From NCBI GenBank assembly GCA_001599295.1, contig BCGN01000005.1, positions 248,001 to 312,000 of the forward strand: a stretch of DNA of 64,000 nt, read 5' to 3'. A program made the position numbers and the translations under genes. Below are positions 25,872-38,000 of this stretch, in pieces; the first letter of the stretch is position 1; each line of letters starts with the position of its first letter. The notes beneath the pieces are model-generated. The model was given only the letters and a program-made list of their open reading frames with translations. It made no database searches and was not told the DNA's origin. This DNA comes from Sporopachydermia quercuum (Eukaryota).

Positions 25872-26447
25872 AGGTGTTACTGGAGATTAGAATTTTGCGG
25901 CGCACCTCTATGAATGAAAAACGTGGCAATAACCGTGAAGTTGAAAAAAAAAAGAATAAAAACCAGCGGCTAATAACCAACAGTTATAAAACCATTTCAA
26001 ATAACCCCTCTTTTACAGGTTTTTAATAATAAAGTGAACATTCAACTCAGTTGAAAAGTAAACCAGGTAGAATGGAAGATTAGGAAGAGAAAGAGGAGGG
26101 AGACAGAAGATCGGATTAAATATTGAGGAACACTGCAATTTGTAATTTGATTACAATTGCGATTCGGACTTATGTTGAAATATCGGAGACAATAAAGTTG
26201 GAGCGCGTCATATCATTTCCGAATCGCGATTGTGATTGAGGTAAAGGATCTATCTAGCAGCNTCATCATTTTTTCCCCATGTCACTACTATTCTTTATTT
26301 TCCTTAAATGTAAGCACATCATGATAAACCACTACATCACGGTAAACTCATAGTAATCCTACAATTTGACCTTTTTGACNCGTATTTGGAACTTAATATC
26401 TGAAGTGCTATCTTCTCTGATGGAAAACACGTANTATTCAATCCAGA

Positions 26448-29309
26448 ATGGCAACTAAGCAAGACTTGAACTTCTCTGATAAAGGTGAAGAAACAGGATT
26501 CATTAAGTTCTTCCTCAATTTACCAGAGAAATCATCATCAGTAGTCAGAATCTTTCAAAGGAATGATTACTATACTTGTCACGGTTCTGACGCGGTATTC
26601 GTGGCGGAAAACATCTATAAAACACTATCTGCTTTGAAGACCATTGGCTATGGCTCCAACAGTGTTCAATCTATCTCANTATCTGAAGCAGTTTTCCAAC
26701 AGTTCCTCAAATTCTGCTTACTAGAGAATGGCTATAAAGTTGAAATCTACTCAAACAAAAGCTCTAGTGGCCGTAATGATTGGTACATCAGTAAGAACGC
26801 ATCGCCAGGAAACTTGGATGCGGTAGAGGATTTGATTACTTCTAACATAGAGTCAGCACCTATAGTAATGGCAATTAAAATAGCAAACAAAGCTGACGGA
26901 AAACTTATTGGAGCTTGCTTTATTGACACTACAATGAGATCTATTGGTGTTAGCGAATTTCAAGATAACGAACTATTTTCTAATTTGGAGTCATTAATTA
27001 TTCAACTTGGTGTTAAAGAATGTATTATACCTAATGAAGGTTCAGCTGATAAAGTGATTGATATGAATAAGGTGAAATCAATTATTGATAGATGTGGAGT
27101 TGTGATTTCTGAAGTGAAGGCATCAGACTTCAACTCCAAGGATATTGAACAAGATCTCAACAGGCTGCTAATTAACAGCGAGGAAGAGAATAACTCCTCT
27201 TCATTGGTTACCACCTTATTATCATCAAGTGCATTAGGAAACCCATTAGGCTTGAATTCAGCTGCCGCATTGATAAAATACATGAATCTTTTAAGAGACT
27301 CAGCTAATTTTAACCAATATCAGATTCACATACATTCATTGAAACAATATATGAGGCTTGATGCATCAGCTTTGAAGGCCTTAAATCTTATGCCTGGTCC
27401 TCGTGACGGTAATAAATCAATGAGTTTGTTTGGATTACTGAATAAATGCAAAACAACTGCAGGTGTGCGTCTTTTATCGCAGTGGTTGAAGCAGCCGTTG
27501 CTTGATGTAGTTGAGATTGAATCAAGACATAATCTGGTAGAGATAATGCTTGAGGATTTGGAACTAAGAACAGGTATTCAGCAAATTCTTTCTTCTGTTC
27601 CTGATTTGATNCGTTTATGCCGAAAGCTAACCAAGAAGACCGCTTCTTTAGAAGATATTGTTAGACTTTATCAAGTTTCTATCAAGTTACCTGACGTATT
27701 AACAATACTGTCATCAATTGACGACGATAATAATCGTATTAAACAAGTTATCAATGATACTTATACAGCAGATATTGAAACCTGCCACACTAATTTACTC
27801 AAATTTGAGGAACTGGTCGAAACTACTGTTGATTTAGAAGCACTAGAAAAACATGAGTTCATTGTCAGATCAGATTTCGATGACCAGCTGAAAGAAACCG
27901 AAAAAAAGATTGCAGATGTTAGGGCGAATATTAATGATCTACATCTACAAGCAGCTGATGATCTCAGAATGGATCCTGAAAGAAAACTAAAACTTGAAAG
28001 ACACCATATCCATGGATATTGTATGCGATTGACTAGAACCGATGCTGCCGTTCTACGTGGAAAATCGAAATTCATTGAGCTCTCAACAGTCAAAGCAGGA
28101 ATCTTTTTTACCACGAAAGAATTACGATTGAATTCGAAAAACTACGAGGAATACTTTCAAGAATATAATAAAATCCAATCAAACCTCGTTAAGGAGATTG
28201 TTGATATATGCTCCACATATTGTCCCGTGCTAGAGAAATTGTCATTGGTATTATCTCACATGGATGTTATAGTCTCATTTGCTCATGTTTCGGCCTATGC
28301 ACCAATGCAATATACTAGACCAAAGATTATCAAGGAAAAAGATGAACGTAAGATAGTTTTGAAAGATGCCAGACATCCTTGCATGGAAGCACAGGATGAT
28401 ATTCAATTTATCTCGAACGATTATCGTCTTGAGCAAAACAATGGTCAATTCCTAATCATCACTGGGCCAAATATGGGTGGGAAATCAACATACATCAGGC
28501 AAATAGGAGTCATAGCGTTAATGGCTCAGGTTGGATGTTTTGTTCCCGTAGAGGAAGCAGAAATGTGTGTGTTTGATAGTATTCTTGCTCGAGTTGGAGC
28601 TAGTGACTCCCAATTGAGAGGCTTATCCACATTCATGTCAGAAATGATTGAAACATCAAATATTCTTAAAGCTGCTACTAAGAACAGTTTAATCATTATT
28701 GATGAACTTGGTAGAGGAACCAGTACTTTTGATGGCTTTGGTCTTGCTTGGGCAATATCTCAACATATTATTGAGAAAATCGATTGCTTCGGTTTGTTTG
28801 CTACACATTTCCATGAATTAACTGGATTGGCTAGCAAATTCCCTAACAAGGTGAGAAACCTGCATGTGGTAGCACATGTTGAAGAGAAGTCGAACGGATC
28901 TGAAAACGGAAACGAAGATGGTGTTGAAAAAGAAGATATCACTTTATTGTATAAAGTGGAAGAAGGTGTGTCGGATCAGTCATTTGGTATTCATGTTGCT
29001 GAAGTAGTAAAATTCCCACAGAAGGTGATCAACATGGCAAAGAGAAAGACAGTAGAGTTGGAGACTTATAATGAAGAGGATTCACAAGTTTTGAAACGTG
29101 TTAAATGTTCGAAAGAAGAGATTCAGAAAGGATCCATTGCTTTGAAGGGTATTTTGAAAACCTGGGCCAAATCTGTTGATATTGAAAGGATGAGCAGTGA
29201 AGAGATTATTAATAAGCTGAAAGGAATGTTCTGGAAGTCGGAAAAAGAATTTGAATTGCACGACAATTTGAAGGNTGACAGGTTTATTCAACAGGTTCTT
29301 TCTCTGTGA
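26448..29309 (+). CDS. MSH2: DNA mismatch repair protein MutS homolog 2
   Basis: ASPGNL, YMRLDASALKALNL, IITGPNMGGKSTYIRQ, IIDELGRGTSTFDGFGLAWAI and SFGIHVAE motifs. Intronless. Confidence 0.98.
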   Translation: MATKQDLNFSDKGEETGFIKFFLNLPEKSSSVVRIFQRNDYYTCHGSDAVFVAENIYKTLSALKTIGYGSNSVQSISXSEAVFQQFLKFCLLENGYKVEIYSNKSSSGRNDWYISKNASPGNLDAVEDLITSNIESAPIVMAIKIANKADGKLIGACFIDTTMRSIGVSEFQDNELFSNLESLIIQLGVKECIIPNEGSADKVIDMNKVKSIIDRCGVVISEVKASDFNSKDIEQDLNRLLINSEEENNSSSLVTTLLSSSALGNPLGLNSAAALIKYMNLLRDSANFNQYQIHIHSLKQYMRLDASALKALNLMPGPRDGNKSMSLFGLLNKCKTTAGVRLLSQWLKQPLLDVVEIESRHNLVEIMLEDLELRTGIQQILSSVPDLXRLCRKLTKKTASLEDIVRLYQVSIKLPDVLTILSSIDDDNNRIKQVINDTYTADIETCHTNLLKFEELVETTVDLEALEKHEFIVRSDFDDQLKETEKKIADVRANINDLHLQAADDLRMDPERKLKLERHHIHGYCMRLTRTDAAVLRGKSKFIELSTVKAGIFFTTKELRLNSKNYEEYFQEYNKIQSNLVKEIVDICSTYCPVLEKLSLVLSHMDVIVSFAHVSAYAPMQYTRPKIIKEKDERKIVLKDARHPCMEAQDDIQFISNDYRLEQNNGQFLIITGPNMGGKSTYIRQIGVIALMAQVGCFVPVEEAEMCVFDSILARVGASDSQLRGLSTFMSEMIETSNILKAATKNSLIIIDELGRGTSTFDGFGLAWAISQHIIEKIDCFGLFATHFHELTGLASKFPNKVRNLHVVAHVEEKSNGSENGNEDGVEKEDITLLYKVEEGVSDQSFGIHVAEVVKFPQKVINMAKRKTVELETYNEEDSQVLKRVKCSKEEIQKGSIALKGILKTWAKSVDIERMSSEEIINKLKGMFWKSEKEFELHDNLKXDRFIQQVLSL

Positions 29310-30197
29310 AAGCGCAGACTATAAGAAGTTAGCAGTAGTTGTATACATAGTACAGTATATTGGTAGTGCATGTTAGGTAGTTGATTGTTGATTACAATGA
29401 ATGAATGTATTTCAATCTTGCTAGAAAGTCTACAAGTTAGGTAAGAAGTATTTTTGAAAGTTGTAGCTCTAATTCGCTATACGTACATCTACCCCACGAA
29501 TACTATTATGCTATTTTGGTGTAATAACTGAATGGACTAAATGGACTAAATTAGCGTTGGACCTGTAATTCCTTCTACTCGTTCACATGGTGTCAACAAG
29601 TTTTATTATATCCGCTGATCTCACACATATATTATGATATTTCTAGACTGCTGAGCTCTGCAGACAACCACCCTCATTCATGGTATCGTCTAATCAGTAT
29701 AGGTCTGACCTTCATTTTACTAACAATTCAAGGGAGACTGAATTAATAGGAGAATTCTGTGAGAGTTGGTACCTGGATTTCAGATCTTCGGTACCATTGC
29801 CTAATTAGGCCCAGGTCCCGGATTAACTTTGACAAATCTCAGATATCCCACCACACAAGTATATCTACTTTTGACAATTAGTAATGCGTTTGGGGGTAGT
29901 TGCCTAACTGGGATTGATGATTCAGTATTTCATCACAGAATCGACTACTGTTAGATAGGCAAACNTGTCTCTATAAATAGGAGGCCATTCCTGATATCAG
30001 CTGTTGATACTAAATATTATATATAGTTTGCGAATAAATATCAAATGTAGAGACTTCAAATTGCAAATTCAACATAAGTAACTGATTTTCTGAATTGTAA
30101 AAGGTATTAAAAGAAACACTATTTGCCAATTGCCTCGCTTCCATAGAGTGTCGTCAATTTAAGAAAAATACAGAATATTCATCAAAAATATTTCAGA

Positions 30198-31136
30198 ATG
30201 GATACACATGTGGTTAAATTGAATACTGGAGCTTCAATTCCACAATTAGGATTAGGTACAGTTGCAGATGACAAGTCGTTGTTAGAGAGTGCTGTTGTTT
30301 TTGCTGTGATGGAAGCAGATTACAGACATATTGACACTGCTTTCTATTACCGAAATGAAGAAGCAATTGGCAGAGCTTTGAAAACCATCTTCAGTTCTGG
30401 AAAAGTTAAAAGAGAAGATTTGTTCATAACAACAAAAGTATGGCCAACACATTGGAACAAAGTAGAACATTCAGTGGATGAATCATTGAAGAAGATGGGA
30501 CTGGACTACGTTGATTTACTTCTTGTACATTGGCCAGTGTGCCTTAAGTATATAAGCGATGAGGCTTTAGATCCAGAGAGTGGACATAACTGGGAAAAAG
30601 ATCCTGAGGGAGATTATATTACATTTTACAAGAACGTTGAAAATGAGTTAAAGAAGGGTAGAACTAAAGCAATAGGTGTTTCAAATTTCAGTGTTCCTTT
30701 CTTAGAAGAATTATTGAAAAACGTTGATACAGTTCCTGCTGTGAACCAAATTGAATTGCACCCCGAACTTCCATCTAAAGAATTGGTTGAGTATTGCAAG
30801 TCAAAAGGTATTATTATTACAGCCTTTTCACCTTTCGGAGGTGGATCATCTGGAGCACCAGTATTAAAGCATCCTAAAATCAAGGAATTAGCTGAGAAAT
30901 ATGAATGCTCACCTGCAAATATTGCCATTTCATACCATGTATGTAGTGGTAGGGTAGTTATACCCAAATCAAGTAATCAAGACAGAATTCGCCATAATGC
31001 TGACTTGGTTCATATTTCGGAGGAAGATTTAGCAGCTCTTGATCAGATTGGAATCGATAATCCCCACAGATACATCAAAACCGAGTTGGGTGTTAATCTG
31101 AAACTTGACTATTGGGAGCCAAAGATTTTCCCATGA
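30198..31136 (+). CDS. NADPH-dependent aldo-keto reductase (Gcy1/Ypr1/Ara1-like)
   Basis: LNTGASIPQLGLGT, YRHIDTA, REDLFITTKVW, DYVDLLLVHWP, AIGVSNFS, NQIELHP and VIPKS motifs. Confidence 0.9.
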   Translation: MDTHVVKLNTGASIPQLGLGTVADDKSLLESAVVFAVMEADYRHIDTAFYYRNEEAIGRALKTIFSSGKVKREDLFITTKVWPTHWNKVEHSVDESLKKMGLDYVDLLLVHWPVCLKYISDEALDPESGHNWEKDPEGDYITFYKNVENELKKGRTKAIGVSNFSVPFLEELLKNVDTVPAVNQIELHPELPSKELVEYCKSKGIIITAFSPFGGGSSGAPVLKHPKIKELAEKYECSPANIAISYHVCSGRVVIPKSSNQDRIRHNADLVHISEEDLAALDQIGIDNPHRYIKTELGVNLKLDYWEPKIFP

Positions 31137-31775
31137 GGTGAGAGAAATGAGTGGTAAATATATGTTATCAAGTTAATATAACTACAACCAAGAGTATTTA
31201 CTGATATGATCAATCATTCATTATCTAGATAATAAATCGTCAATTAACAGTATGAAAACTCTGGTTGTATCCATCCATATTATATAGTCAAAAACTTTAC
31301 TTGAATTGGAACTATCTAATACGAATCCATATCTTAATCGTCGCTACCTCAAATAAAATGCTTTGGATATCGTTTGATCACATATTATAAATCTATCAAT
31401 CCTTTAAATTGCCTTGAGCAGGAATTCCAGGCTATATCGATTTAACAGTACGCCATATCATATTCTAGCAATGCAAGGAGCACCATATTTCCAGAAGAGG
31501 TAGTCTAACCTAGGGGGTTATTCTGAAGGTTTTGCCGTACTAAAATATAACGTAATCCTATAGATTTTTCACATGTTTAGTCACTAAGCTGTGATTCTCA
31601 TGCTATCTATCTATAACATCACATTTATANTATCCTATTAGCAGTTGTTTTCCAACCAACCTACTGTAAATTCTGTTTCCTGGCGAGGCAAAGAGAGATA
31701 GAAGTCTTTTCCCATTAATATAACTCTGAAGTATAACTATATATTTCTCAAATCTCACAATCTCAGAATTTGAAC

Positions 31776-32528
31776 ATGGTAGATAGAACTCCAATAGTTA
31801 AAGTATGNGGTATACAGTCTCTGGATGCAGCAGAAACTGCTATAGAAGCAGGAGCTGATTTGATTGGAGTTATTATGGTACCTAACAGGAAACGTACTAT
31901 TGACAAAGAAGTCGCTAAAGCTATTTCAAATAAAGTTCGAGATATAAGGAGGTCGAAGGCAGCAGCGTCTGTACCTGTCAAAAATACCTCTAGTTTTGAG
32001 GATAACATCATATATATAAAACGAAATGGACCATTCCTAGTAGGTGTATTCAGAAATCAGTCTGTGGAAGACATTCAAGAGCTTGCTGAAGAAGTTTCCC
32101 TAGATTTCATTCAACTGCATGGTTCAGAGCCCAGAAGAGAATACATCGAACAGCTGAAGCAACCAGTGATAGCACGATTTGTAGCACCTGCAAACATAGC
32201 AAACATAGAGAAATTAGCACAGCAAGAGCAAGAAGATTTGCAGGAAATGGTAGAATTTGGGAGTCATTTCATTGGTCTTTTCGACGGCGAAGCAGGCGGG
32301 GAAGGCGTTGCTTTAGACTGGGATCAAATCGGGTCTTGGAACGAGAAGGCAAATGAAAGTGAGGGTATGTTTCTATTAGCGGGGGGACTCACACCTGAGA
32401 ACGTTGCAAGAGCTGTTAAGATAAGCGGAGTAGTTGGTGTTGATGTAAGCGGAGGAGTAGAAACAGGCGGTGTAAAAGACCTAGTGAAAATCAAGAAGTT
32501 TGTTCAAAATGCCAAGAATGGTATATAG
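31776..32528 (+). CDS. TRP1: Phosphoribosylanthranilate isomerase (monofunctional)
   Basis: ATG at 31776. VKVxGIQS, LVGVFRNQS, FIQLHGSE, LLAGGLTPENV and GVDVSGGVET motifs. Confidence 0.95.
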   Translation: MVDRTPIVKVXGIQSLDAAETAIEAGADLIGVIMVPNRKRTIDKEVAKAISNKVRDIRRSKAAASVPVKNTSSFEDNIIYIKRNGPFLVGVFRNQSVEDIQELAEEVSLDFIQLHGSEPRREYIEQLKQPVIARFVAPANIANIEKLAQQEQEDLQEMVEFGSHFIGLFDGEAGGEGVALDWDQIGSWNEKANESEGMFLLAGGLTPENVARAVKISGVVGVDVSGGVETGGVKDLVKIKKFVQNAKNGI

Positions 32529-32695
32529 GGTTGAATGTTATCATATAGCATAAACATACAAGGTCGAGGTAATCTAGAAAAGCATTTATGGACACAATCT
32601 ACATTTTGCAATCTACACTCAATTAATTATATCACAGATAAATTATTACTTTCAAAGGAATCAAACAATCAAATAGTCCAATTGTTTATTTAAGT

Positions 32696-33550
32696 TTAAG
32701 CAGAGGCTCCAGAGATGTAGAACCACTTGTCAACCGATGAATCAATCTTGGCCGGAGGAAGGGGAGAGGCTTCAGGAACAACAGGTTCACCATAAAAAGC
32801 AGTAGAGGTCAAAGTAGTGTTAGCCAAAGAGATTCCATTAGGATCAACTTCACCAGCAATTAATCTGCTCCAAGCTTCGTTACATTCAGTGATAACTTCA
32901 TTGGCATAAGCCTTATTCTTGGCTTCACCAGAGAAAGCGAACTGATTTTCTGGCTTTCCATCAGGAATCTTGTAGATTCTGAACCATTCATTGGTGGCCC
33001 TCAAAAGACCAGGTAAGTGCTTTTCGACATCTTCAATGTCGTTGACCTTAGGAGCTAAAGGATCATTGACATCAATGACAATAACCTTCCAGTCAGTTTC
33101 TCCTTCATCCAACAAAGCCATAACACCAAGGACCTTAACTTGCTTAACTTGCCCAACGTAACCAACAGTTTCACCAATTTCGCAAACATCTAAAGGATCA
33201 TTATCACCCTTAGCCTTGGTTTCGGGGTGAGTAGCATTAGGATCTTCCCAAGTTTGAGGGAAAGCACCATAATTATGAATATATCCATGATGAGGGAAAC
33301 AATTTCTGACAAATCTAAGTTTACCCTTTTTGATGTCTTGCTTGATCGGATTCAATGGATCTTCCTTGGAGATTTCCAACTTGGCGTTAGTCCATCTTGG
33401 AACTTCGACAATCATGTTGAGAATTTGCTTGGATTCGTCAGCGTACAAAGGAATATCGTGGAAAGCAGAAACAGGCTTTCCATCCTTTTCAATGTATACC
33501 TTGTATTCCAAAGTNTTGGCTGCGCCAATTTGACGAGTAGTGTAGACCAT
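32696..33550 (-). CDS. IPP1: Cytosolic inorganic pyrophosphatase
   Basis: Starts [10 protein letters not shown] at ATG 33550. [24 protein letters not shown] and DEGETDWK motifs; strongly biased codon usage typical of a highly expressed gene. Confidence 0.98.
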   Translation of the reverse strand: MVYTTRQIGAAXTLEYKVYIEKDGKPVSAFHDIPLYADESKQILNMIVEVPRWTNAKLEISKEDPLNPIKQDIKKGKLRFVRNCFPHHGYIHNYGAFPQTWEDPNATHPETKAKGDNDPLDVCEIGETVGYVGQVKQVKVLGVMALLDEGETDWKVIVIDVNDPLAPKVNDIEDVEKHLPGLLRATNEWFRIYKIPDGKPENQFAFSGEAKNKAYANEVITECNEAWSRLIAGEVDPNGISLANTTLTSTAFYGEPVVPEASPLPPAKIDSSVDKWFYISGASA

Positions 33551-33842
33551 TTTGAATAGTTTAATTTTGGCTTTGAAGTTAAACACAAATAATCAAAGTA
33601 AGAATGATTAGTACTTAGTGTTGGTCAGTGATTGATGGCTGATTATAGCTTACAAAAAATCAGATCAAATAGATAATGCTCTTCGATTTAACAAGAGGAA
33701 AGAAAAGGATGATGGAACTTTTCACTGGCAAAAAGACATAAAAACGGAGACTATCTGAAGTCGCAATTGAGTGGATAATGGGTGAATTTGTGGCTGAATT
33801 AAGTGAAAATAGGGTTTGCTTAAAATACTATTCGAAAATGAT

Positions 33843-33850
33843 GTCACGTG
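33843..33850. promoter_or_regulatory. E-box (Cbf1/Pho4/Tye7-type bHLH site) upstream of IPP1
   Basis: GTCACGTG ~290 bp upstream of the IPP1 ATG. Confidence 0.4.
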
Positions 33851-35038
33851 GAGAGACGTAATCTATGTCACGACAAGTGTGACATGAGAAGAGAAATTGA
33901 TTGGACTAGAGGGATTAGGATTATAGAGAGCGTTAGTAATAAGTAGTAGTTTAATAAGTAGTAGTTTTGGAATCCATTAATCACGTATGAGGATACTAGA
34001 GAGAATAATTATAAACAAAATTAATCTACTAATATCACTATGATCATTGTATTCATTATATTCATTAATATTGAGTTCAGACAAAATGTCATAAACTATT
34101 TCCATTTCTGTGTGACAATGTCGTGGCCCATTAATCCGGATGTCAGCCACAAGTTAGAACAGCGGAAATGATAGTAACATCCCGTAGTGAACTAAATAAA
34201 GATCTTTGATCGTTAAATACCGGGAATGATCTGCCAATTGAGGATAGCAGTCTCACTATTAAAACCAATTGGGGGTCCAATTTGAAATGGGAGTTATTAT
34301 GCAATTAATTTCCGGAAATAATGTCGGAAGGAAGCTCCAGCTTGAATCGCATTGACTGAGACTGTTGCACCAAAAGGGGATGTGATGACCAAACAGACTA
34401 AGAATTTGNATTAGACAAGTTTTGGTACTTTATGAACTCACTCACTCAGACTTGATATTATACTATTTCGGATCATCGATTCATTGAGATTATTATTAGT
34501 GTATTTGAAGTAGGAGCTCTCCATCGTTTGAAATAAGAGAAGACTGTGAAAGAAAAAAAGGGAGTAACACTTTGCTTGTTAGCACTTTGCTTACGGTAGA
34601 TACATATCACGTGGTTAGCATTATTTGAAATAGCAGATCCTTTTATCATTATTTTATTTATAAACACGCTTTCAAGGAAAACATTTGAGGGACCATCTGC
34701 TGGAAAAATTGCTCTTGATTAAATCCGACATACGGATCAAAAGACAACCAGGAAACGTATTTGATGTAAAAATCCAAGTTTCACCTGTCTAATGCACCAT
34801 TAGGTCTCATCGAACAAATGAAAATAACATCTCTTAGATAAAACAAAAACCTTCTCCAGGGAATATTTTCAACTGTGTCTATTGATATTCTAACTCTCTA
34901 CCTTTTAGTCTAGAAGGTAGCGAACACAAAACTGACACTATGAATGTAACCAGTGCAATTTATAAAACAAATGGTCAATTGGTAATCATGATCGAATAAT
35001 TATTAATAATCGTCGAGAATTTCCAGTATCTTTCTCTT

Positions 35039-38000
35039 TTACTTCTTAGCTCTTCTTTTGCGGCCTTTAATGTTATTTTCAGCACTACCTTCAATATTTC
35101 TTTTACTGACAGCACCATTGTTATCGTCCTTATTCCTTTTTTTCTCTCGCACTTTCATATTTCCTTCTTCGGGATCTTCCCCAATCCCACTACTACTCTC
35201 GTTGTTCTCCACATTCTTCTCCCGAAACGTCCGAGCTCCCATTTTATTCATTGCTCTCTTAAGCCTCTTACTTGTCATGACTTCCCGAGAAACACTGGCA
35301 GACGGATCAACAATGAAGAAAGACCCTATATTAGACTGCACACCAAACTTTTGCTTATTATTCATATCCTGAATAACAGGAACTAATACCTCATCAACCT
35401 TACCTTGAGACCAACCAAGAGATCGGGTGAGAAACTTCCGGAGTAAATCCAAGTTCGGCTTACCCCATTGGAATTCCGTCGGATCTTTATCCACTTCGGG
35501 CCGAAGGTAAGCTTCTTGTACTTGAAAATCGGGAAAATCTTTACCGAGAAATAATTTACCTCGAAATTTTTTAATGAAATTCTTTTTCCAAGTGGTAGTT
35601 CCTTCAATTATTTCTCCATGCTGAACTTTCAGCCACCAATTGCGAAACCGGATTAACTCTTTCATCTGATGTTGTTGCCCCTCTTGTCGCGCCGGTTCGT
35701 CATCGTCTTCGTTTACATGCCCTTCACCTCCAAACTCCGCTAATAGTTCCATAGATGTAATTGGACCTATCCCACGAATTCCTTCTGTATAATCGCTTCC
35801 CATCAAGAAAGCCAATTCAATCAACCGATCTTGATTCAACTTCAGTTCATGTTCCAAATCCTTGCCATAATAACATTCCACATACTTCGACTGGTTAAAC
35901 AGGTTTCTATACACCTTGCTTTTCGTTCCGCCAAACAGAAAACAATCAGAATCGTCAGTAATAATACCATCAACCAATCCCATCTCAAGAAGCGTAGCAC
36001 ACTGAGCTTCTGCTTCCATTGGAGCAGTTATAAATGGAATGCCAAATCTGGCTAATAATTCTTGACATTCCTCAACCATTGTTTGCGTGACTTCATCAGA
36101 GTCTCTTTTATCTTTACGAAGCGATTCAGATAAGGATTCCTTCGTCGGGATATTCTGTGGTTGATAAGGATTTGTGACATTGTAAATGGGGTTGTGGTCA
36201 TTGTCCGAAATATCAGATTCATCTCTGATTCTCTTTGTGTCATGACTTTGGGCAATTTTGTGANTGTTCAATTCAGCGGCAAATCTTCCATGTTCCTCTT
36301 CTTCTTGTTGCAACTGAGCAAAAAGGTCTTGCTCTTCTTCGTCATCAAAGACATAATCTGCAATCGAGACCTTATGGACATTAGACGAATTCTTAGCAGA
36401 AACCATAATGGGTGACGAAGACGAGGATGATATGCCAGTAGGTTCATCAGCCGTAAGTGATTCTGTATATGGTTCAGCTCGAGAAGCGATGGGGGTTTTG
36501 GAGTTATCACTAGTATTATCAACAGCAATAACATTGGTATGATAGTTTGCGTTGGTGCCTGAATTTCTTGGTGTGACACCAATGCCAGCATTTGTTATTA
36601 ATTCACTCTTCCTGACTCCAGCATCAGCGTCAGCATCTTTAATAGCACTGTTATTGTCATTACCATTTATTCTTCTCACACCTAACTCTTCAATATCACT
36701 ATCATTAGCATTTTCGCTGTTGTTTTCTACAGCGATAACGCTATCATCTTCAGAGCTTTTATCATCAACACCACTATAAACACCATTTCTATAGATATTG
36801 CTATTCCCTTTACTATTTCTGATCTTTACCTCATCAAAAGGGACCAATCCTACTTCTAGATCTTCATCAATGGCGTTACTTGCTGCTTCAATTCCAATAT
36901 TTGACAGGCCATTAAATTGACTTGAGATAAAACGATTGTCTTCTTGAAACCAAGCCGGAGTTTCAGGCTTTTTGCGTTCAGAAAGAGTATTTATCTTAGA
37001 GTTTGAAGCAGTCTCCCTATTAATAACCGTATTTCTGACAACCTTACTACCATTCTTAGTATTATTATTCCTTCTCNCGGGAATTAATTTTTCATCTAAA
37101 GAATCACCAGAAGAGTAACCATCGGCTATTGATGAGAGCATCAGTTGATCCTTAGTAAGTAAATTGACAGAAATAGGCTTGATAGAGCTACTAGTAGGAT
37201 TAGTAGCATTAATATCAAAAATTCTATCATCTGCCAACATACTCCTAACTTTTCCAGAGGTGTTGATGCTGTTGGTTTTTCTATCAATCATACTTGCAGA
37301 ATTATTACTGTTCTTGCTATTACTTTTATTTGAAACATTTGTCGTTTTTCCTTTGTTAAATAGTGACGAGTTCTTAAGATCAAAATCAAACGATGAGAAG
37401 ATAGGATTCATGGTATTGTCGGTATTATTACTACCATTATTAATAGCCTTAGTACTATCTATCATACTACTAGCAACGTTTTTATCAACAGAAACAACAT
37501 CATCTGGATCTTCATCTGATACAGATCCAAATGTTTTGCTATCATAATTATAATTAGTATTAGTATTGGTACTGTTCTTATTTTTAGTCACATTCGCGGT
37601 CTTTCTGTCAACATATAATTCATTGGTTGAAAAATCATCCTTCTCATTTTTAACTTCTTTGATTATTTTGCTCGTCAGTTTTGAAAGTTCAATTGCACGT
37701 CGAAATTCCTCTTCTTCCTTTTGCTCCTCATCTTCATCATAGAATAACTGTGGCTTGGCCTGCTGCTGTTTCTGGTTCAAGAGTAACGAATCTGCCACTT
37801 TCGCCGAGTCTATAGATAATTCAATGCTCTTTTGTAGTTCGGTGGCTTGATCTAAATCGGTAATATCTTCGCCAAACAGATCTTCAAGGTCTTTACGTGA
37901 TATCCGTATTTGTTCATACTGTGACTCATTTGACTTCTGTCTCTCTGCCGGTTGTGGCTCCAGTGGCTCAGTTATTACATCTTCCCACTCAATGTCTTCA

